A stretch of 64,000 nt of DNA from a bacterium (GCA_965261085.1 OZ253442.1:960001-1024000), one strand, 5' to 3'; shown: positions 10,311-20,762, counted from the stretch's first letter. Made by a program: numbers and translations. The notes: a model not told the origin generated them from the sequence alone.

Positions 10311-10931
10311 ATGAGCGATGATGCGAGGCTGCGCGCGGCGGCGGACAAACTCGAGATGATGGAGGTGTGCATGTTCTCTCACGTCTGCCGGGACGTGGGC
10401 GACTGGGATGGTCTCTTGGATTGTTTTCATCCCGATGCGGACATCACCACCTCGTGGTTCATGGGCAACGCGCATGCGTTCATCACGGAATCGAGGGATA
10501 TGATGCACGGCCATCACGCCGATGACACCCAGAAACACATCGCCGGGAACACGCGCGTCCGTGTGGATGGTGAGCGCGGGGTTTGTGAGTATTACCTCAC
10601 CCTCCATCAGAGGCGGGCGATGGACGGTTATGATTTCGACTTCTCGACCTGGAGCAGCGTGGTGGATTTGTTCGAGCGCAGGGACGGGCGCTGGCGCGTC
10701 ATCAAGCGCACGATGATTTATGAAAAAGACAGGATGGACCCCCACAAACCCGGTGAGGTGCCCGCGTCTTATTTTGAGGCGATGGACCTGACGCCTTATC
10801 CCAAGGCGCTTCGCTACCATTGTTGGCGCAACGAAAAATTCAGCGGCAGCCCGCCGTCTGTGAACCTCGTGATGGAAGGAACCGAAAAGGCGCGTGCGAT
10901 CAGGGAAGAAGCGCGCCGCTGGGTGCCCTGA
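10311..10931 (+). CDS. SnoaL-like / NTF2 family protein
   Basis: RD.GDWDGL..CFHPDA and DLFERRDGRWRV..R pattern; GGAG RBS. Confidence 0.75.
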   Translation: MSDDARLRAAADKLEMMEVCMFSHVCRDVGDWDGLLDCFHPDADITTSWFMGNAHAFITESRDMMHGHHADDTQKHIAGNTRVRVDGERGVCEYYLTLHQRRAMDGYDFDFSTWSSVVDLFERRDGRWRVIKRTMIYEKDRMDPHKPGEVPASYFEAMDLTPYPKALRYHCWRNEKFSGSPPSVNLVMEGTEKARAIREEARRWVP

Positions 10932-10944
10932 TCCGCCGGGAAAT

Positions 10945-12099
10945 CTACATCAACTCCAGATAAATCCGCTTCATGTCCTCCGCGTCGGCGGGCACGGGGT
11001 TTGTCGCCACCGTGGTGCTGGCGGCAGCTTCGTGCGCCATGCGTTCCAGGTATTCTTCCTTAGCCCCAATGGCCGCGAGCGATTCAGGAATCCCGATGTC
11101 GTCCGCCAGGGCGCGAACGCGCTCGACCGCGAGTTCCGCATCCTGCGTGTCGTCCGCTCCCTCAGCCGGGTTTGCCAGAAGAGGGGCCAGCCGGGCGTAG
11201 GTCTCCCGCATGGCGGGCAGGTTGAAGCGCATCACGGGAGCCAAGAGTATTCCGTTGGTGGTGCCGTGGTGGCCGCCGAAGAAGTTGAAGACCGGATGCG
11301 TCAGTCCGTGCACGATGCCCAGTCCCGTGTTCGTGAACGAAGCGCCCGCGAGGCATGCGCCCAGCGCCAGGGGGTCGGCGGCGTCGGGGTCTGCGGGGTC
11401 GGCGACGAAGCGCCGCGCATTTTGGCCGATCAGGCCGATGGCCTGGAAACAGAGCGCCTGCGTCCAGGGGGTCGCGCGCGGGGAGCCGAGCGATTCCACC
11501 GCATGGGTCAAGGCGTCCATCAGCGCGCCCGCGGCGAAGAATTTGGGCAGCGTCGCCAGAAAGGAGGAATCCACGACCGCCACGTCCGCGTAGAGCGCGT
11601 CGCTGTGTATGCTCGATTTGGTTCCGCGCTCGATATCCGTGATGATGGAGGCGCGCGTCACCTCGCTGCCCGTGCCCGCCGTGGTCGGAGCCGTGATGAA
11701 GGGCGGAATCGGTTTTTCCACTTTATCCGCGCCGTAGTAATCGCTTATCCTCCCGCCGTTTGCGAGGAGCGCCCCCATCGCCTTGGCGGTGTCGATGGCG
11801 CTGCCCCCGCCCACGGCGATAATTCCGCCGCAATCGTTCGCCTCATAAAACGCCTGGGCGCGCGTGATGCTCGGGTCCGAGGGGTTGGGTTCCACCTCCT
11901 CATACAGGCGGTATTGGACACCCGCCTCATCAAGGCCCTCCGTCACGGAGGTGAGTACGCCTGCTTCAGAAAGCCCGGGGTCTGCAAGCAGCATGGGGCG
12001 TTTCATACCCAGTCTGTTTGCTTCGGCGCCGATGGAGGCGGCCTCGCCTCTGCCGAAGCGCACGCGCGGCACGGCGGACATGCGGAAAGGATCGATCAT
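10945..12099 (-). CDS. Iron-containing alcohol dehydrogenase
   Basis: GGGSAIDTAK, PTTAGTGSE, DALTHAVES, HGLTH and HG..NG motifs. Confidence 0.93.
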   Translation of the reverse strand: MIDPFRMSAVPRVRFGRGEAASIGAEANRLGMKRPMLLADPGLSEAGVLTSVTEGLDEAGVQYRLYEEVEPNPSDPSITRAQAFYEANDCGGIIAVGGGSAIDTAKAMGALLANGGRISDYYGADKVEKPIPPFITAPTTAGTGSEVTRASIITDIERGTKSSIHSDALYADVAVVDSSFLATLPKFFAAGALMDALTHAVESLGSPRATPWTQALCFQAIGLIGQNARRFVADPADPDAADPLALGACLAGASFTNTGLGIVHGLTHPVFNFFGGHHGTTNGILLAPVMRFNLPAMRETYARLAPLLANPAEGADDTQDAELAVERVRALADDIGIPESLAAIGAKEEYLERMAHEAAASTTVATNPVPADAEDMKRIYLELM

Positions 12100-12175
12100 G
12101 GCTGGTTTCTCCTTGTGGAAATTCTCCTGAATACCGGCGCGCGTCCGGAATTTTCATACAACCCGGTTTCGCGGG

Positions 12176-12550
12176 TCATGCCCTCTCCACCTGGTTTGTA
12201 AGCGCTTCTCGCGGCGGCCAGTCTTCGGATCGGTTCTTGAAAGAAAGATATACGAGAACGTCAGCACCTGGGTTTTTGAGTTCGTGCTCCACCCCCAAGG
12301 GTATGTGGACCACCTCGCCCGCGCCCAAGGTTTTCTCCTCCTCCCCGACGCGGAACCAGCCTGTGCCTTCCAATATGTGGATGATTTGCTCGCAGCCGTG
12401 GCTGTGCGGGCGGGTCGCCTTTCCGGGCGGCTGCTCCTGGCGCGTCAGGGTGGTGAACGCGCCCAAGATCATGCTGCCCTCCGAATCCGTGGTCGGAACG
12501 ATGTTGCGCTTTTTCATGTCGTCCCAGCGATGAAAGGGCATGGTGCGCAT
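12176..12550 (-). CDS. Cupin domain protein
   Basis: PHSH.CEQ..HILEG and GEVVHIP.GVEH cupin motifs. Confidence 0.85.
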   Translation of the reverse strand: MRTMPFHRWDDMKKRNIVPTTDSEGSMILGAFTTLTRQEQPPGKATRPHSHGCEQIIHILEGTGWFRVGEEEKTLGAGEVVHIPLGVEHELKNPGADVLVYLSFKNRSEDWPPREALTNQVERA

Positions 12551-12579
12551 CCTTCATTGCGTAGCGGAAGACTATTCCG

Positions 12580-13614
12580 CTAAACGGACTCGGCGATTTT
12601 CGCCTGGAGAAGCTCGTAGTTCGCGCGGCCCATCTCGATTTCGCCGTCGTCAATCATCTGCGCAATCTCGGTCACCGCGTCGTTGAAGGGGGTGGGGATG
12701 CCGAGTTCTCTCGCCCTGCGCGATACGAGGCCGTTGATGTATTCCATCTCGCTCTTGCGGCCCTTGATGTGGTCCTGAATCGGGGCGGTGCGCGAACGGG
12801 GCCCCACGTGGCCGAGCAGCGTCTTCATGGCCGTGACGAGCACCTGATCGTCAGAGCCCGCTAAATCATCCGACGACAAGCCGAACACGGGCTCCACGCC
12901 GTAGCCCAGCGCTTCGCCCACCGCCATCGCCTCTTTACCAAGCCCGACCGAAAGGTCGATTACGTCCGGCAGCTTCTTCGTCTCGGCGTTATTGAGCCCC
13001 AGCAGGCCGAAAGGACCCATCGTCATGCAGTTGGCGATGAGCTTCGTCCACTTGGCGCCTTCGATGTTGGAGCTCAGTTCAGTGACGGCGACGTGAGCGA
13101 AGATGTCGCGCACCTCCTCCGCGCGCGGGGTGATGGAGCCGTCCAGTTCCCCCACGGCGAACCATGTGCCCTTGCGCGGGGTGTTCCGCTGGATGAAGCC
13201 GGGCGTGAAAATCTCCGCCGACAGCTCCACGCAGCAGCCCACCACGCGCTCGCGCCCGATGATGGAGGCTATCATCTCGTTGTTCATGCTGTTCTGCGCC
13301 CCGACGAATATGCCGTCGCTCTTCAAGTAGGGCTTGATGAGTTCGCACATCCAGCGGGTGTCGTAGGATTTGACGATGAGCAATACGATGTCGAAGGTCG
13401 TCCTGAGCGAGGCCAGCTCGCACAGATGGTGCGCGCGCACGGGCGTTTTGAGATCCAGGTCCGGCATCTGGACGTGTAAGCCGTCTTTTTGCATCGCCTC
13501 CACGTGCTCGGGCCATTGGTCGATGACGGTGACGTCGAGACCCGCGTCGGTCAGATCGGCGGACACGCTGCCGCCGATGGCGCCTGCGCCCAGTACGGCG
13601 ATCTTCTTGTTCAT
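12580..13614 (-). CDS. Ketopantoate reductase (PanE/ApbA) family oxidoreductase
   Basis: GAGAIGG, VKSYDT, QNSM, KWTKL..N, QD..KGRKSE.EYING motifs. Confidence 0.85.
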   Translation of the reverse strand: MNKKIAVLGAGAIGGSVSADLTDAGLDVTVIDQWPEHVEAMQKDGLHVQMPDLDLKTPVRAHHLCELASLRTTFDIVLLIVKSYDTRWMCELIKPYLKSDGIFVGAQNSMNNEMIASIIGRERVVGCCVELSAEIFTPGFIQRNTPRKGTWFAVGELDGSITPRAEEVRDIFAHVAVTELSSNIEGAKWTKLIANCMTMGPFGLLGLNNAETKKLPDVIDLSVGLGKEAMAVGEALGYGVEPVFGLSSDDLAGSDDQVLVTAMKTLLGHVGPRSRTAPIQDHIKGRKSEMEYINGLVSRRARELGIPTPFNDAVTEIAQMIDDGEIEMGRANYELLQAKIAESV

Positions 13615-13685
13615 GTTACACCTTGCCTTTCAGGGCACACGCCCTCAAGAGAATGAGAATGACGAATCAAATATGCGTTTCCTGA

Positions 13686-14861
13686 TTAAAAATAAGCCAT
13701 GGTGCGGACCCGCTGCGCCTGGTTGGTGCCGGCCGAGTGGAGGAAGCTGATGACGTCGCGCAGGTATTTCTCCATCGGCGCGTCCGTCATGTAGCCCGTT
13801 CCGCCCCAGACCTCGAGCGCGCGCGTGGCGATGCGAAAACCGGCTTCTGAAGTGAAGGCCTTGGCCATGTAGCCGAGCTTGGGGTCGTAGTCCTCGCGCA
13901 TCGCCCGCCAGGCGGCGTAGTGGAGCATCCGGCGCGAAGCCTCGTACTCGATGAAGCAATCCGCCAGCATGAAGCCCACGCCCTGGTGCTCGATGATGGG
14001 TTTTCCGCCCTGGATTCTCGTTTTGGCGAATTCGAGCGCGTCCTCATAGGCGGCGCGGGCGGGGCCTAAGTTCGTGGCGGCGGATTCGATGACCGAACCG
14101 CGCGAGAATGGACCCGAACGCGCCGCCACGCCCCCGCCGACCGGCGTGACGCGGTAGTCGTCCGGGATGCGGCAATCCTCGAAGATGAGTTCCGCGTTTT
14201 GGGAGAGTTGCTGGCCCATCTTCTCGTGAATCTTGCCGATGGAAAAGCCTGGCATGTCCGGCGTCACCATGAAGTAGGTGACGCCCTGCGATACGCCGAC
14301 GGTGGAGTCCGTACGGCAGACGAGCACGTAGAGCTTGGCGATGCCCCCGTTGCTGATGTAGTGCTTCTTGCCGTTGATTACCCAGTCCGCCCCGTCGCGC
14401 ACCGCGCTCGTGCGGACGCCGAGTCCGGGGCCTTCTTCGGGGATGAAGTTTTCCGAACCCACTTCGGGTTCCGTCATGCCGACGGCGAGGTGGAAGCTGT
14501 GATCTTCCAGGAATTGAGGCAGGAATTTCTCGCGCTGCGCATCGTTCCAGACGATGTCGAGAAAATGAATCACCTTCCAGGTCTGGTCGAAGGTGACGGC
14601 CACGCCCAAATCGCCCCAGCCGATCTCCTCCCCCACGATGCAAAGCGTCAGTATGTCGGCCCCGCCGCCGCCTCTCTCCTCGGGGATGGAGAGCGTCCTG
14701 AGACCAAGCCTGCTCCCGGTTTCGAGAATATCCCAGGGGAATCTCTCGGCAGGGCTCGTGATGCGCTCGCGCTCGTGGGCGTGGGGCTTCAGTTCGTTTT
14801 TCGCGTAATCGTGCGCCAGTTTTTGCAGTTTTAATTGTTCTTCGGTGAGAGTGAAATCCAT
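13686..14861 (-). CDS. Acyl-CoA dehydrogenase family protein (atypical)
   Basis: GMTEPEVGS, NGKKHYISNG, RIQGGKPI and GGTGY present; C-terminal YEG replaced by HSAG. Confidence 0.88.
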   Translation of the reverse strand: MDFTLTEEQLKLQKLAHDYAKNELKPHAHERERITSPAERFPWDILETGSRLGLRTLSIPEERGGGGADILTLCIVGEEIGWGDLGVAVTFDQTWKVIHFLDIVWNDAQREKFLPQFLEDHSFHLAVGMTEPEVGSENFIPEEGPGLGVRTSAVRDGADWVINGKKHYISNGGIAKLYVLVCRTDSTVGVSQGVTYFMVTPDMPGFSIGKIHEKMGQQLSQNAELIFEDCRIPDDYRVTPVGGGVAARSGPFSRGSVIESAATNLGPARAAYEDALEFAKTRIQGGKPIIEHQGVGFMLADCFIEYEASRRMLHYAAWRAMREDYDPKLGYMAKAFTSEAGFRIATRALEVWGGTGYMTDAPMEKYLRDVISFLHSAGTNQAQRVRTMAYF

Positions 14862-14891
14862 CGCTCGCCTTTAGGTTAGGAGAAAATTCGC

Positions 14892-15926
14892 TCAGTCCAT
14901 CACGATCGCCGCGCGGCCCGTAATAGCGCCGGCTTCCAGGCGTTCGTGCACTTTCTCGGCTTCTTCGAGCCGGTAGATTTCCGTGACCAGGGGCCAGACT
15001 TCTCTGCGCGCGCAAAGCTCGAGTGATTCGATGAGCTCCTGCTTGGTGAACGAGCGGCTGCCTATGATTTCGAGTTCCCCGTTCAGGAGGCTTCCGGCGG
15101 AGAGGCGAAACGGCTTGGGCGTGAAGCCGCCCAGCGTCACCAGGCGGCCGCCTTTATCGAGGGCTTCGGCCGCGGCTTCGAGCGTGGTGTCCTGTGAGAC
15201 GAAATCGATCGCCACGTCCACGCCTAAACCGCCCGTGAGTTCGAGCAGCGCCTCCGTCACGTTATCCTTTGAGGCGTTGATGGTGGCCTCCGCCCCGAGT
15301 TCTTTGCACTGGGCCAGTTTTTGTTCGGAGACGTCCACGGCGATGACGCGCGCGTTCGCCCAGCGGGCGAGCATGACCATGTGGATCCCCACGCCGCCGC
15401 CCGCCCCGATGACGGCGACGGTCTCCATCGGCTGTATGCGAGCGCGGCGCACCACCTTATAAGGGGTGACGATGGCGTCGCAGATGACGGCCGCCTCGGC
15501 GGGGTAGGCCTTGTAGTCCAGGCCCTCGGGCAGATGGACGTAATTCTGCGCGGGGAGGTTGATGTATTCGGCATAACCGCCGTCTAGGTGCCTGCCCACG
15601 AAGCCGGCCATGTTGTCGCACAGAGGTTCTCTGTTCACCCGGCACCAGCGGCAATGACCGCAGGTGAGATAGCAGTGGAAGGTAACGACGTCGCCCGCCT
15701 TCACGTTCGAGACCCCGGCGCCCGTCTCGACGATCTCGCCCACCACCTCGTGGCCGATGATCATGGGGTAGTCGATATCCACGCGGCCTGCGCGCGCGTG
15801 GTGGATCGTGAGGCCCGAGCCGCAGGCGATGACGCGCGCCACGGCCTCGCCTTCCCCGGGCGTAGGATCGGGTACGTCTTCATATGAAAAGGGTGCTCCT
15901 TTTTCCCTCAACACCATGGCCTTCAT
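14892..15926 (-). CDS. Zn-dependent (MDR) alcohol dehydrogenase
   Basis: GHEVVGE, CGHCRWC...C structural Zn site, GAGGGVG; GGAGG RBS before ATG 15926. Confidence 0.9.
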   Translation of the reverse strand: MKAMVLREKGAPFSYEDVPDPTPGEGEAVARVIACGSGLTIHHARAGRVDIDYPMIIGHEVVGEIVETGAGVSNVKAGDVVTFHCYLTCGHCRWCRVNREPLCDNMAGFVGRHLDGGYAEYINLPAQNYVHLPEGLDYKAYPAEAAVICDAIVTPYKVVRRARIQPMETVAVIGAGGGVGIHMVMLARWANARVIAVDVSEQKLAQCKELGAEATINASKDNVTEALLELTGGLGVDVAIDFVSQDTTLEAAAEALDKGGRLVTLGGFTPKPFRLSAGSLLNGELEIIGSRSFTKQELIESLELCARREVWPLVTEIYRLEEAEKVHERLEAGAITGRAAIVMD

Positions 15927-16154
15927 GCGAACCTCCTCCCGGGAATATCTCCGCGCGCGATGCGAATACGCGAACATGCGTGATTGATGGCGGATAATAT
16001 ATCGGGATTGCCGGAAAATGACTATAGCGAAAGAGCCGGAATGACGGGCGAATAGAAACAGGTGGAAACTCGCTATATACTTCCTGCAATGTTCGCCGCC
16101 TTGTCGGCATTGCGTGAATGCCTGGGTTCGTTCGGCTCTTGGAAAGGGGCGGAA

Positions 16155-17567
16155 GTGAAGTCCTCGGGAATCTTCTGTGCGAGCTTTCTCATCATCGCCT
16201 TACTGTATGGCTGCGGCGGCGGGGACGGGGGAGGCGGGTCCAGGACACCCATGCCTGCGCCACCGGCGGTGATGCCGAAGGCCGCTTTAGAGCCCTCCGT
16301 TCAGGCGGCGCAGGCGCCTCTTTTTGATTTTGATGGTTCCCCGTATATCGGAACGGGCGTTGCGCCTCCAGCCGGAGAACTCCAAAAGACGGGCGCGCGC
16401 AATGGGGTGGAAATCTCAAAAGGGTCGGTGCGGGACGGCTCGGGCGCCGCCGCCGTCCTTGAGTATGTGCGGCCGAGAGCGTTTCATACCGATCTCACGG
16501 GACTCGCGACGTTCTCTCGTCCGCCGGTCGTCCGCGTCGTAGAGGGAACGAACGAGAAATTCACCGACTATGCGGTGCGCGCCGTTCAGATCATCAACGC
16601 CGCCTTGCCTCACGATAAGCGCATCAGGTTTGGTGATTCTCCTGCTCCTGATCCGGTGGGTGTCGATGACGTGCCGCGTGGCGGCATCTATATCGAATTC
16701 ATTCCGCAGGCCCAATGGCCGGGAGAGGATGTTTTAGACGAGAGTGCGGTCGGTAATGCGAAATCGAAAATACTCTACATGTTCAACTCCCGAACACAAA
16801 AAAACGAAGCCTTGGAAGCGCACTCTTCTCACGTGTTGATTGACAGCGGAGAAGTTCGATATTTCTCTGAAGAAAAAACCGTCTACGTCATCGTTCACGA
16901 ACTGCTCCACGCCCTGGGTTTTTCCGGACATACCGATCCGCAGCGCTTCCCGGACGCCACCTTGAATCCGAATATACCCAGAAATTTGCCCCCGTTTCTT
17001 CTTTCCCTGATAGATCAGGAGGCGCTGCTCGCGGCGTATGACAGTGACAGATTCAGGCCCGGCGCGTTGCCGGAAGAGATAACGGCGGAGAATCTTGGAC
17101 CCTGGGAAGAAGAGTCGTTACACGTCCGGGGGGATCTGGAAATTCCGCGCGGGGAGGTTTCCTTCGGCGTCGCTTTGAGAAACGGCCTGGCGCAACCCTG
17201 GGCCTCCGGGCCGGAGCCGCCGATGGATCTGGCGCAAAACGGGGGGTTGTCGGGGAGCGCCGCCTGGAGCGGCGCATTGCTGGGCGTCACGCCGTCAGGA
17301 GAGGTGGTGGTCGGCGATTCCCGCCTCGCCGTCGATCTGGCGGACCTGGGCGGACAACTCGATTTCACCGGCATGGAGTTCGATGGCGGCGGTAGGTGGG
17401 GGGATGGCGACCTCGGCTACTCGGTCGAGGTACGCGGCAACACCTTCTTCCAAACTGGCGGGGATGCCGGTGAGGTCACCGGCGCTTTCTTCGGTCCCAG
17501 GCACGAGGGGATGGGCGGCGTTATCGAGCGCTCCAACTTGTCCGCCGGTTTCGGCGGGAAGCGGTAG
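16155..17567 (+). CDS. Lipoprotein with zinc-metallopeptidase motif and C-terminal TbpB-like beta-barrel
   Basis: Lipobox LLYGC followed by a Gly-rich linker; HELLHALGFSGH; C-terminal VTGAFFGP...GG......SAGFGGKR. Confidence 0.7.
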   Translation: MKSSGIFCASFLIIALLYGCGGGDGGGGSRTPMPAPPAVMPKAALEPSVQAAQAPLFDFDGSPYIGTGVAPPAGELQKTGARNGVEISKGSVRDGSGAAAVLEYVRPRAFHTDLTGLATFSRPPVVRVVEGTNEKFTDYAVRAVQIINAALPHDKRIRFGDSPAPDPVGVDDVPRGGIYIEFIPQAQWPGEDVLDESAVGNAKSKILYMFNSRTQKNEALEAHSSHVLIDSGEVRYFSEEKTVYVIVHELLHALGFSGHTDPQRFPDATLNPNIPRNLPPFLLSLIDQEALLAAYDSDRFRPGALPEEITAENLGPWEEESLHVRGDLEIPRGEVSFGVALRNGLAQPWASGPEPPMDLAQNGGLSGSAAWSGALLGVTPSGEVVVGDSRLAVDLADLGGQLDFTGMEFDGGGRWGDGDLGYSVEVRGNTFFQTGGDAGEVTGAFFGPRHEGMGGVIERSNLSAGFGGKR

Positions 17568-17645
17568 GCTACAACCTGCGGCCCCGTTTCGCGATTCATC
17601 CCGAAAAAAATTCACACATACTTCAACGAAGGGGCGCTCTCTCGT

Positions 17646-18557
17646 TTAATCTCCCTCGATAGCGGCCAAGGATTTCGCCGCCCAGTCGCAGCCCACCTGG
17701 CTCGCCCACAGGTCCATGAGCCGTTTGGTTATGGGGCCGGGCGCACCGTGCGCCATCTGGGTTCCGTCGACCGAGGAGACCGGGAGGATGCAGATGCTGT
17801 TCCCAGTGTGGAAGGCCTCGTCTGCGATAAGCAAGTCGTAGCGCGTGAGGTTGGTTTCGCGAACCGGGATGCCGAGTTCTTTCGCCATGTCGATGACGTG
17901 GGTGCGCGTGACGCCGACCAGGCAGTTGAGATCCGTAGGGGTCAGGATTTCGCCGTCTCTCACGAAAAAGCAATTATAGCTCGACCCCTCGGCCACGAAG
18001 CCGTTGATGTCGAGCATGATGGGCCACGCGCCCGCCTCCTGGGCCTGGAATTCGGCCTGTACGTGGTTCATCTTGTTGCCCACCTTGGCGCGCGGTTCGA
18101 TGCACTCGGGCGGAATGCGCCGCACGCCGGTAACGACCGAGGGGACGCCCTCCCGGTAGCCATGGGCGTAGCGCGAATAATCCATCGGCAGGGTGAAGAT
18201 GACCACCGTATGCGCCCCTTGCGTGTGGGTGGCGGCGGAGCTGACGCCGCCACCTCGCGTCACCCAGTGGTTGATGCGGAATTCCTCTCCCTCGGCGTAT
18301 ACGCCGCGGTTTCGTTCGATGAGTTTCATGGTGAGGGCTTCCATCTCGTCCGCGCTCATGCCGGGGTCGAGCCGCGCGTAGCGGCACGAAAGATAGAGCC
18401 TGTCGATGTGCGCTCTCAGATGCCATGGTTGGCCGCCAAAAGTGCGGGACGCGTCATACACGCCGTCGCCGTAGAGGAAGCCGCGATCCAGGATGGACAC
18501 GTTCGCTTCAGATTCCGGCACGAAACGGCCTTTGACGTAGGCGATTCTCTCACTCAT
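17646..18557 (-). CDS. Aminotransferase class IV (branched-chain / D-amino acid type)
   Basis: DRGFLYGDGVYD, H.DRL, PLP Lys (RAKVGN), AEGSSYN and L.GVTR motifs. Confidence 0.9.
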   Translation of the reverse strand: MSERIAYVKGRFVPESEANVSILDRGFLYGDGVYDASRTFGGQPWHLRAHIDRLYLSCRYARLDPGMSADEMEALTMKLIERNRGVYAEGEEFRINHWVTRGGGVSSAATHTQGAHTVVIFTLPMDYSRYAHGYREGVPSVVTGVRRIPPECIEPRAKVGNKMNHVQAEFQAQEAGAWPIMLDINGFVAEGSSYNCFFVRDGEILTPTDLNCLVGVTRTHVIDMAKELGIPVRETNLTRYDLLIADEAFHTGNSICILPVSSVDGTQMAHGAPGPITKRLMDLWASQVGCDWAAKSLAAIEGD

Positions 18558-18605
18558 GTGGTGTTCTCTCCTCGTTTTGAATTATCACGTCATCCTTGAT
18601 TTGTC

Positions 18606-19754
18606 TTATAGCAAACCCATCGCGGCGGAGCGCGTGGCGTGGCCCATGCCGAATGCGTGGGAGAAGGACACGAGGTCGCGCACCAGTCTTTCCATGGGCG
18701 CTTCGGTCATATAGCCTGCGCCTCCCCACACCTCCATCGAACGGCGCGCGATGCGCTCGCACGATTCCGTGGCGAAGGCTTTTGCCAGAAAACTCCGCCA
18801 GGGTTCCGCGCCCTCATCTTGCTCCACCGCCCAGGCCGCCGCCTGGAGGCTTCTTCTGGCGGCGTCGAGTTCCATCAGGTTATCACAAAGCATGAAGCCC
18901 ACCGTCTGGTGCTCGACGATAGGCTTTCCTCCCTGTACGCGCTCACGGGCGTGGTCGAGCGCGTGTTCGTGGGATTTTCTCGCCGTTCCGACCGCCGCCG
19001 CCGCCGGGAGAATGCGGGTGGCGTGCGCCGCGTCTCGCCACTCCTCCTCCGTGCAATCAAGGGGCAGGCCGGGTTTTACGTCTTCGAAGCGCAAGTCGAC
19101 ATCCTGGCAGGAGCGCATGCCCATCGGGTCATGGTGATGGGCGACCGAGATTCCGCCGCCCTCCCGGTATTCCAGGAGAAAAATCCGACGCTCGTTCTCA
19201 TCGGCGAGGCCTGATTCCAGCAGATAAAGGCCGGCCGCCGCACCGTTGAGCACGTGCCGCGCAGCGCCTTGAAGATACCAGGCGTCGCCATCTTGCCTGA
19301 CGGATGCGCCCTGATCAGCATCCGCCTTATAGGGATTTCTGGCATCAGGCGCGGGCGTTTCGCCGATTTTCACATGGGCTAGATGACATGCGTGTGAGTC
19401 CGTGAAATTTTCCGCGAACGCCTCGAAATCCGCCCCCTCCCAGAGGCGGGATATGGCGTTTGCGAGCGCCCAATCCTGCGCGTAGATGACGCCTACTCCC
19501 AAGTCCCCCCAGCCGATCTCCTCAGCCACGAAGCACAGGCTCAATAAATCGGCGCTGCCCCCGCCGTGGCTTTCAGGTACGGGGAGGGTGCGCAGGCCCA
19601 GTGAATCGCCTTTGTCCAGAATTTCTCCGGGAAAGCGGTTTTCCGGGTTTTTTTCCTGATCGAGCGCGTCGGTGTGCGGAGTAATCTCCTGACGTGCGAA
19701 ATCGCGCGCCAGCCGCTGAAGCGCGAGAGAGGCCTCTCCGGGAGTGAAATCCAT
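18606..19754 (-). CDS. Acyl-CoA dehydrogenase family protein (degenerate, possible heteromer subunit)
   Basis: Retains RERVQGGKPIVEHQ and VWGGAGYM but lacks the TEP motif and catalytic Glu. Confidence 0.8.
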   Translation of the reverse strand: MDFTPGEASLALQRLARDFARQEITPHTDALDQEKNPENRFPGEILDKGDSLGLRTLPVPESHGGGSADLLSLCFVAEEIGWGDLGVGVIYAQDWALANAISRLWEGADFEAFAENFTDSHACHLAHVKIGETPAPDARNPYKADADQGASVRQDGDAWYLQGAARHVLNGAAAGLYLLESGLADENERRIFLLEYREGGGISVAHHHDPMGMRSCQDVDLRFEDVKPGLPLDCTEEEWRDAAHATRILPAAAAVGTARKSHEHALDHARERVQGGKPIVEHQTVGFMLCDNLMELDAARRSLQAAAWAVEQDEGAEPWRSFLAKAFATESCERIARRSMEVWGGAGYMTEAPMERLVRDLVSFSHAFGMGHATRSAAMGLL

Positions 19755-19793
19755 GCGCACAAACCCTTATAGGACACGAGGAACGGCTCGGAT

Positions 19794-20762
19794 TTAGTCG
19801 ATAAGGCCCACGCTCTTGAGATCCGAGGTTAGTTCCGCTTTCTCATCTGTTCTCAAGGGAATCATCGGCGCGCGCGAAGGACCACCGTGCATTCCCATCA
19901 GGTCCATCCAGTCCTTGAGCGCGGCGATGGGGAACGCTCCCCGCGCCCAGGGCTCCCAGAGCCATTTGTCGGCCACGCGGCGTATCGGGTTCATGGACTC
20001 GCGCGCGGTCCAGGCTTCCTCGAGGTTCCCCTCGTCGATCAGGTCGGTGTATTTCTGCATGCCCAGATTGCCGGTGCGCTGCAGGAGAAACGGGTCGGGG
20101 CCGCTCATGTAGGTCTGCTGCTTGTGGTAGGCGCGGTTGAAGAACCACTGGGTCTCCATCGGGTCGCTCACGACGATGTCATCCCCGACGGCTTCGCGCA
20201 CCTCGTCGCAGTGGTATTTGGGCTGCGCGTTCTTGATGCAGCAGAGGTTCTCGTTGTCCTCGACGATTGCCTTGACCAGGGGCGCCGAGAGGGAGTAGCC
20301 GGACGCCGCCGTGTTGAACAGGGACACGCCGATGTCCACGTTGCTGCAGAATTCCTTGAAATACGCGCGAACGCGCTCGGGTATGCCCTGCGCGCCGAGG
20401 TAGGGATTCGCGAGAATCGCATAAGTCGCGCCCGCCTCTATCGCCGCGTTGGTCAGCTCGATCGCCTCTTTGGCCGAAGTGTGGCCGGTGTGCGCGATAA
20501 TGGGCACGTCCCCCGCCTCGTCGCAGGCGATTTCCTGTCCGTGAAGGCGCTCTTCTTTCGTCAAGCACCAGAATTCACCGATCATTCCGCCGATGAAAAA
20601 CCCCTTGATATCGAGGTCGTCGATGTAATGGCGGATGTCGGCGCGAAAACCCGCCTCGTCGATGTTGTCGTTTTCATCGAAGGGATAGGGGATGGCGGCC
20701 CAGATTCCCTTCATGTTTTCCTTACAATACGCGCGCGCGTCCGATTTTTTGTAAGAGGGCAT
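19794..20762 (-). CDS. DHDPS/NAL family aldolase or hydratase-aldolase
   Basis: GMIGEFWCLTKEER and Schiff-base Lys (CIKNA); AAGGAG RBS before ATG 20762. Confidence 0.8.
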   Translation of the reverse strand: MPSYKKSDARAYCKENMKGIWAAIPYPFDENDNIDEAGFRADIRHYIDDLDIKGFFIGGMIGEFWCLTKEERLHGQEIACDEAGDVPIIAHTGHTSAKEAIELTNAAIEAGATYAILANPYLGAQGIPERVRAYFKEFCSNVDIGVSLFNTAASGYSLSAPLVKAIVEDNENLCCIKNAQPKYHCDEVREAVGDDIVVSDPMETQWFFNRAYHKQQTYMSGPDPFLLQRTGNLGMQKYTDLIDEGNLEEAWTARESMNPIRRVADKWLWEPWARGAFPIAALKDWMDLMGMHGGPSRAPMIPLRTDEKAELTSDLKSVGLID

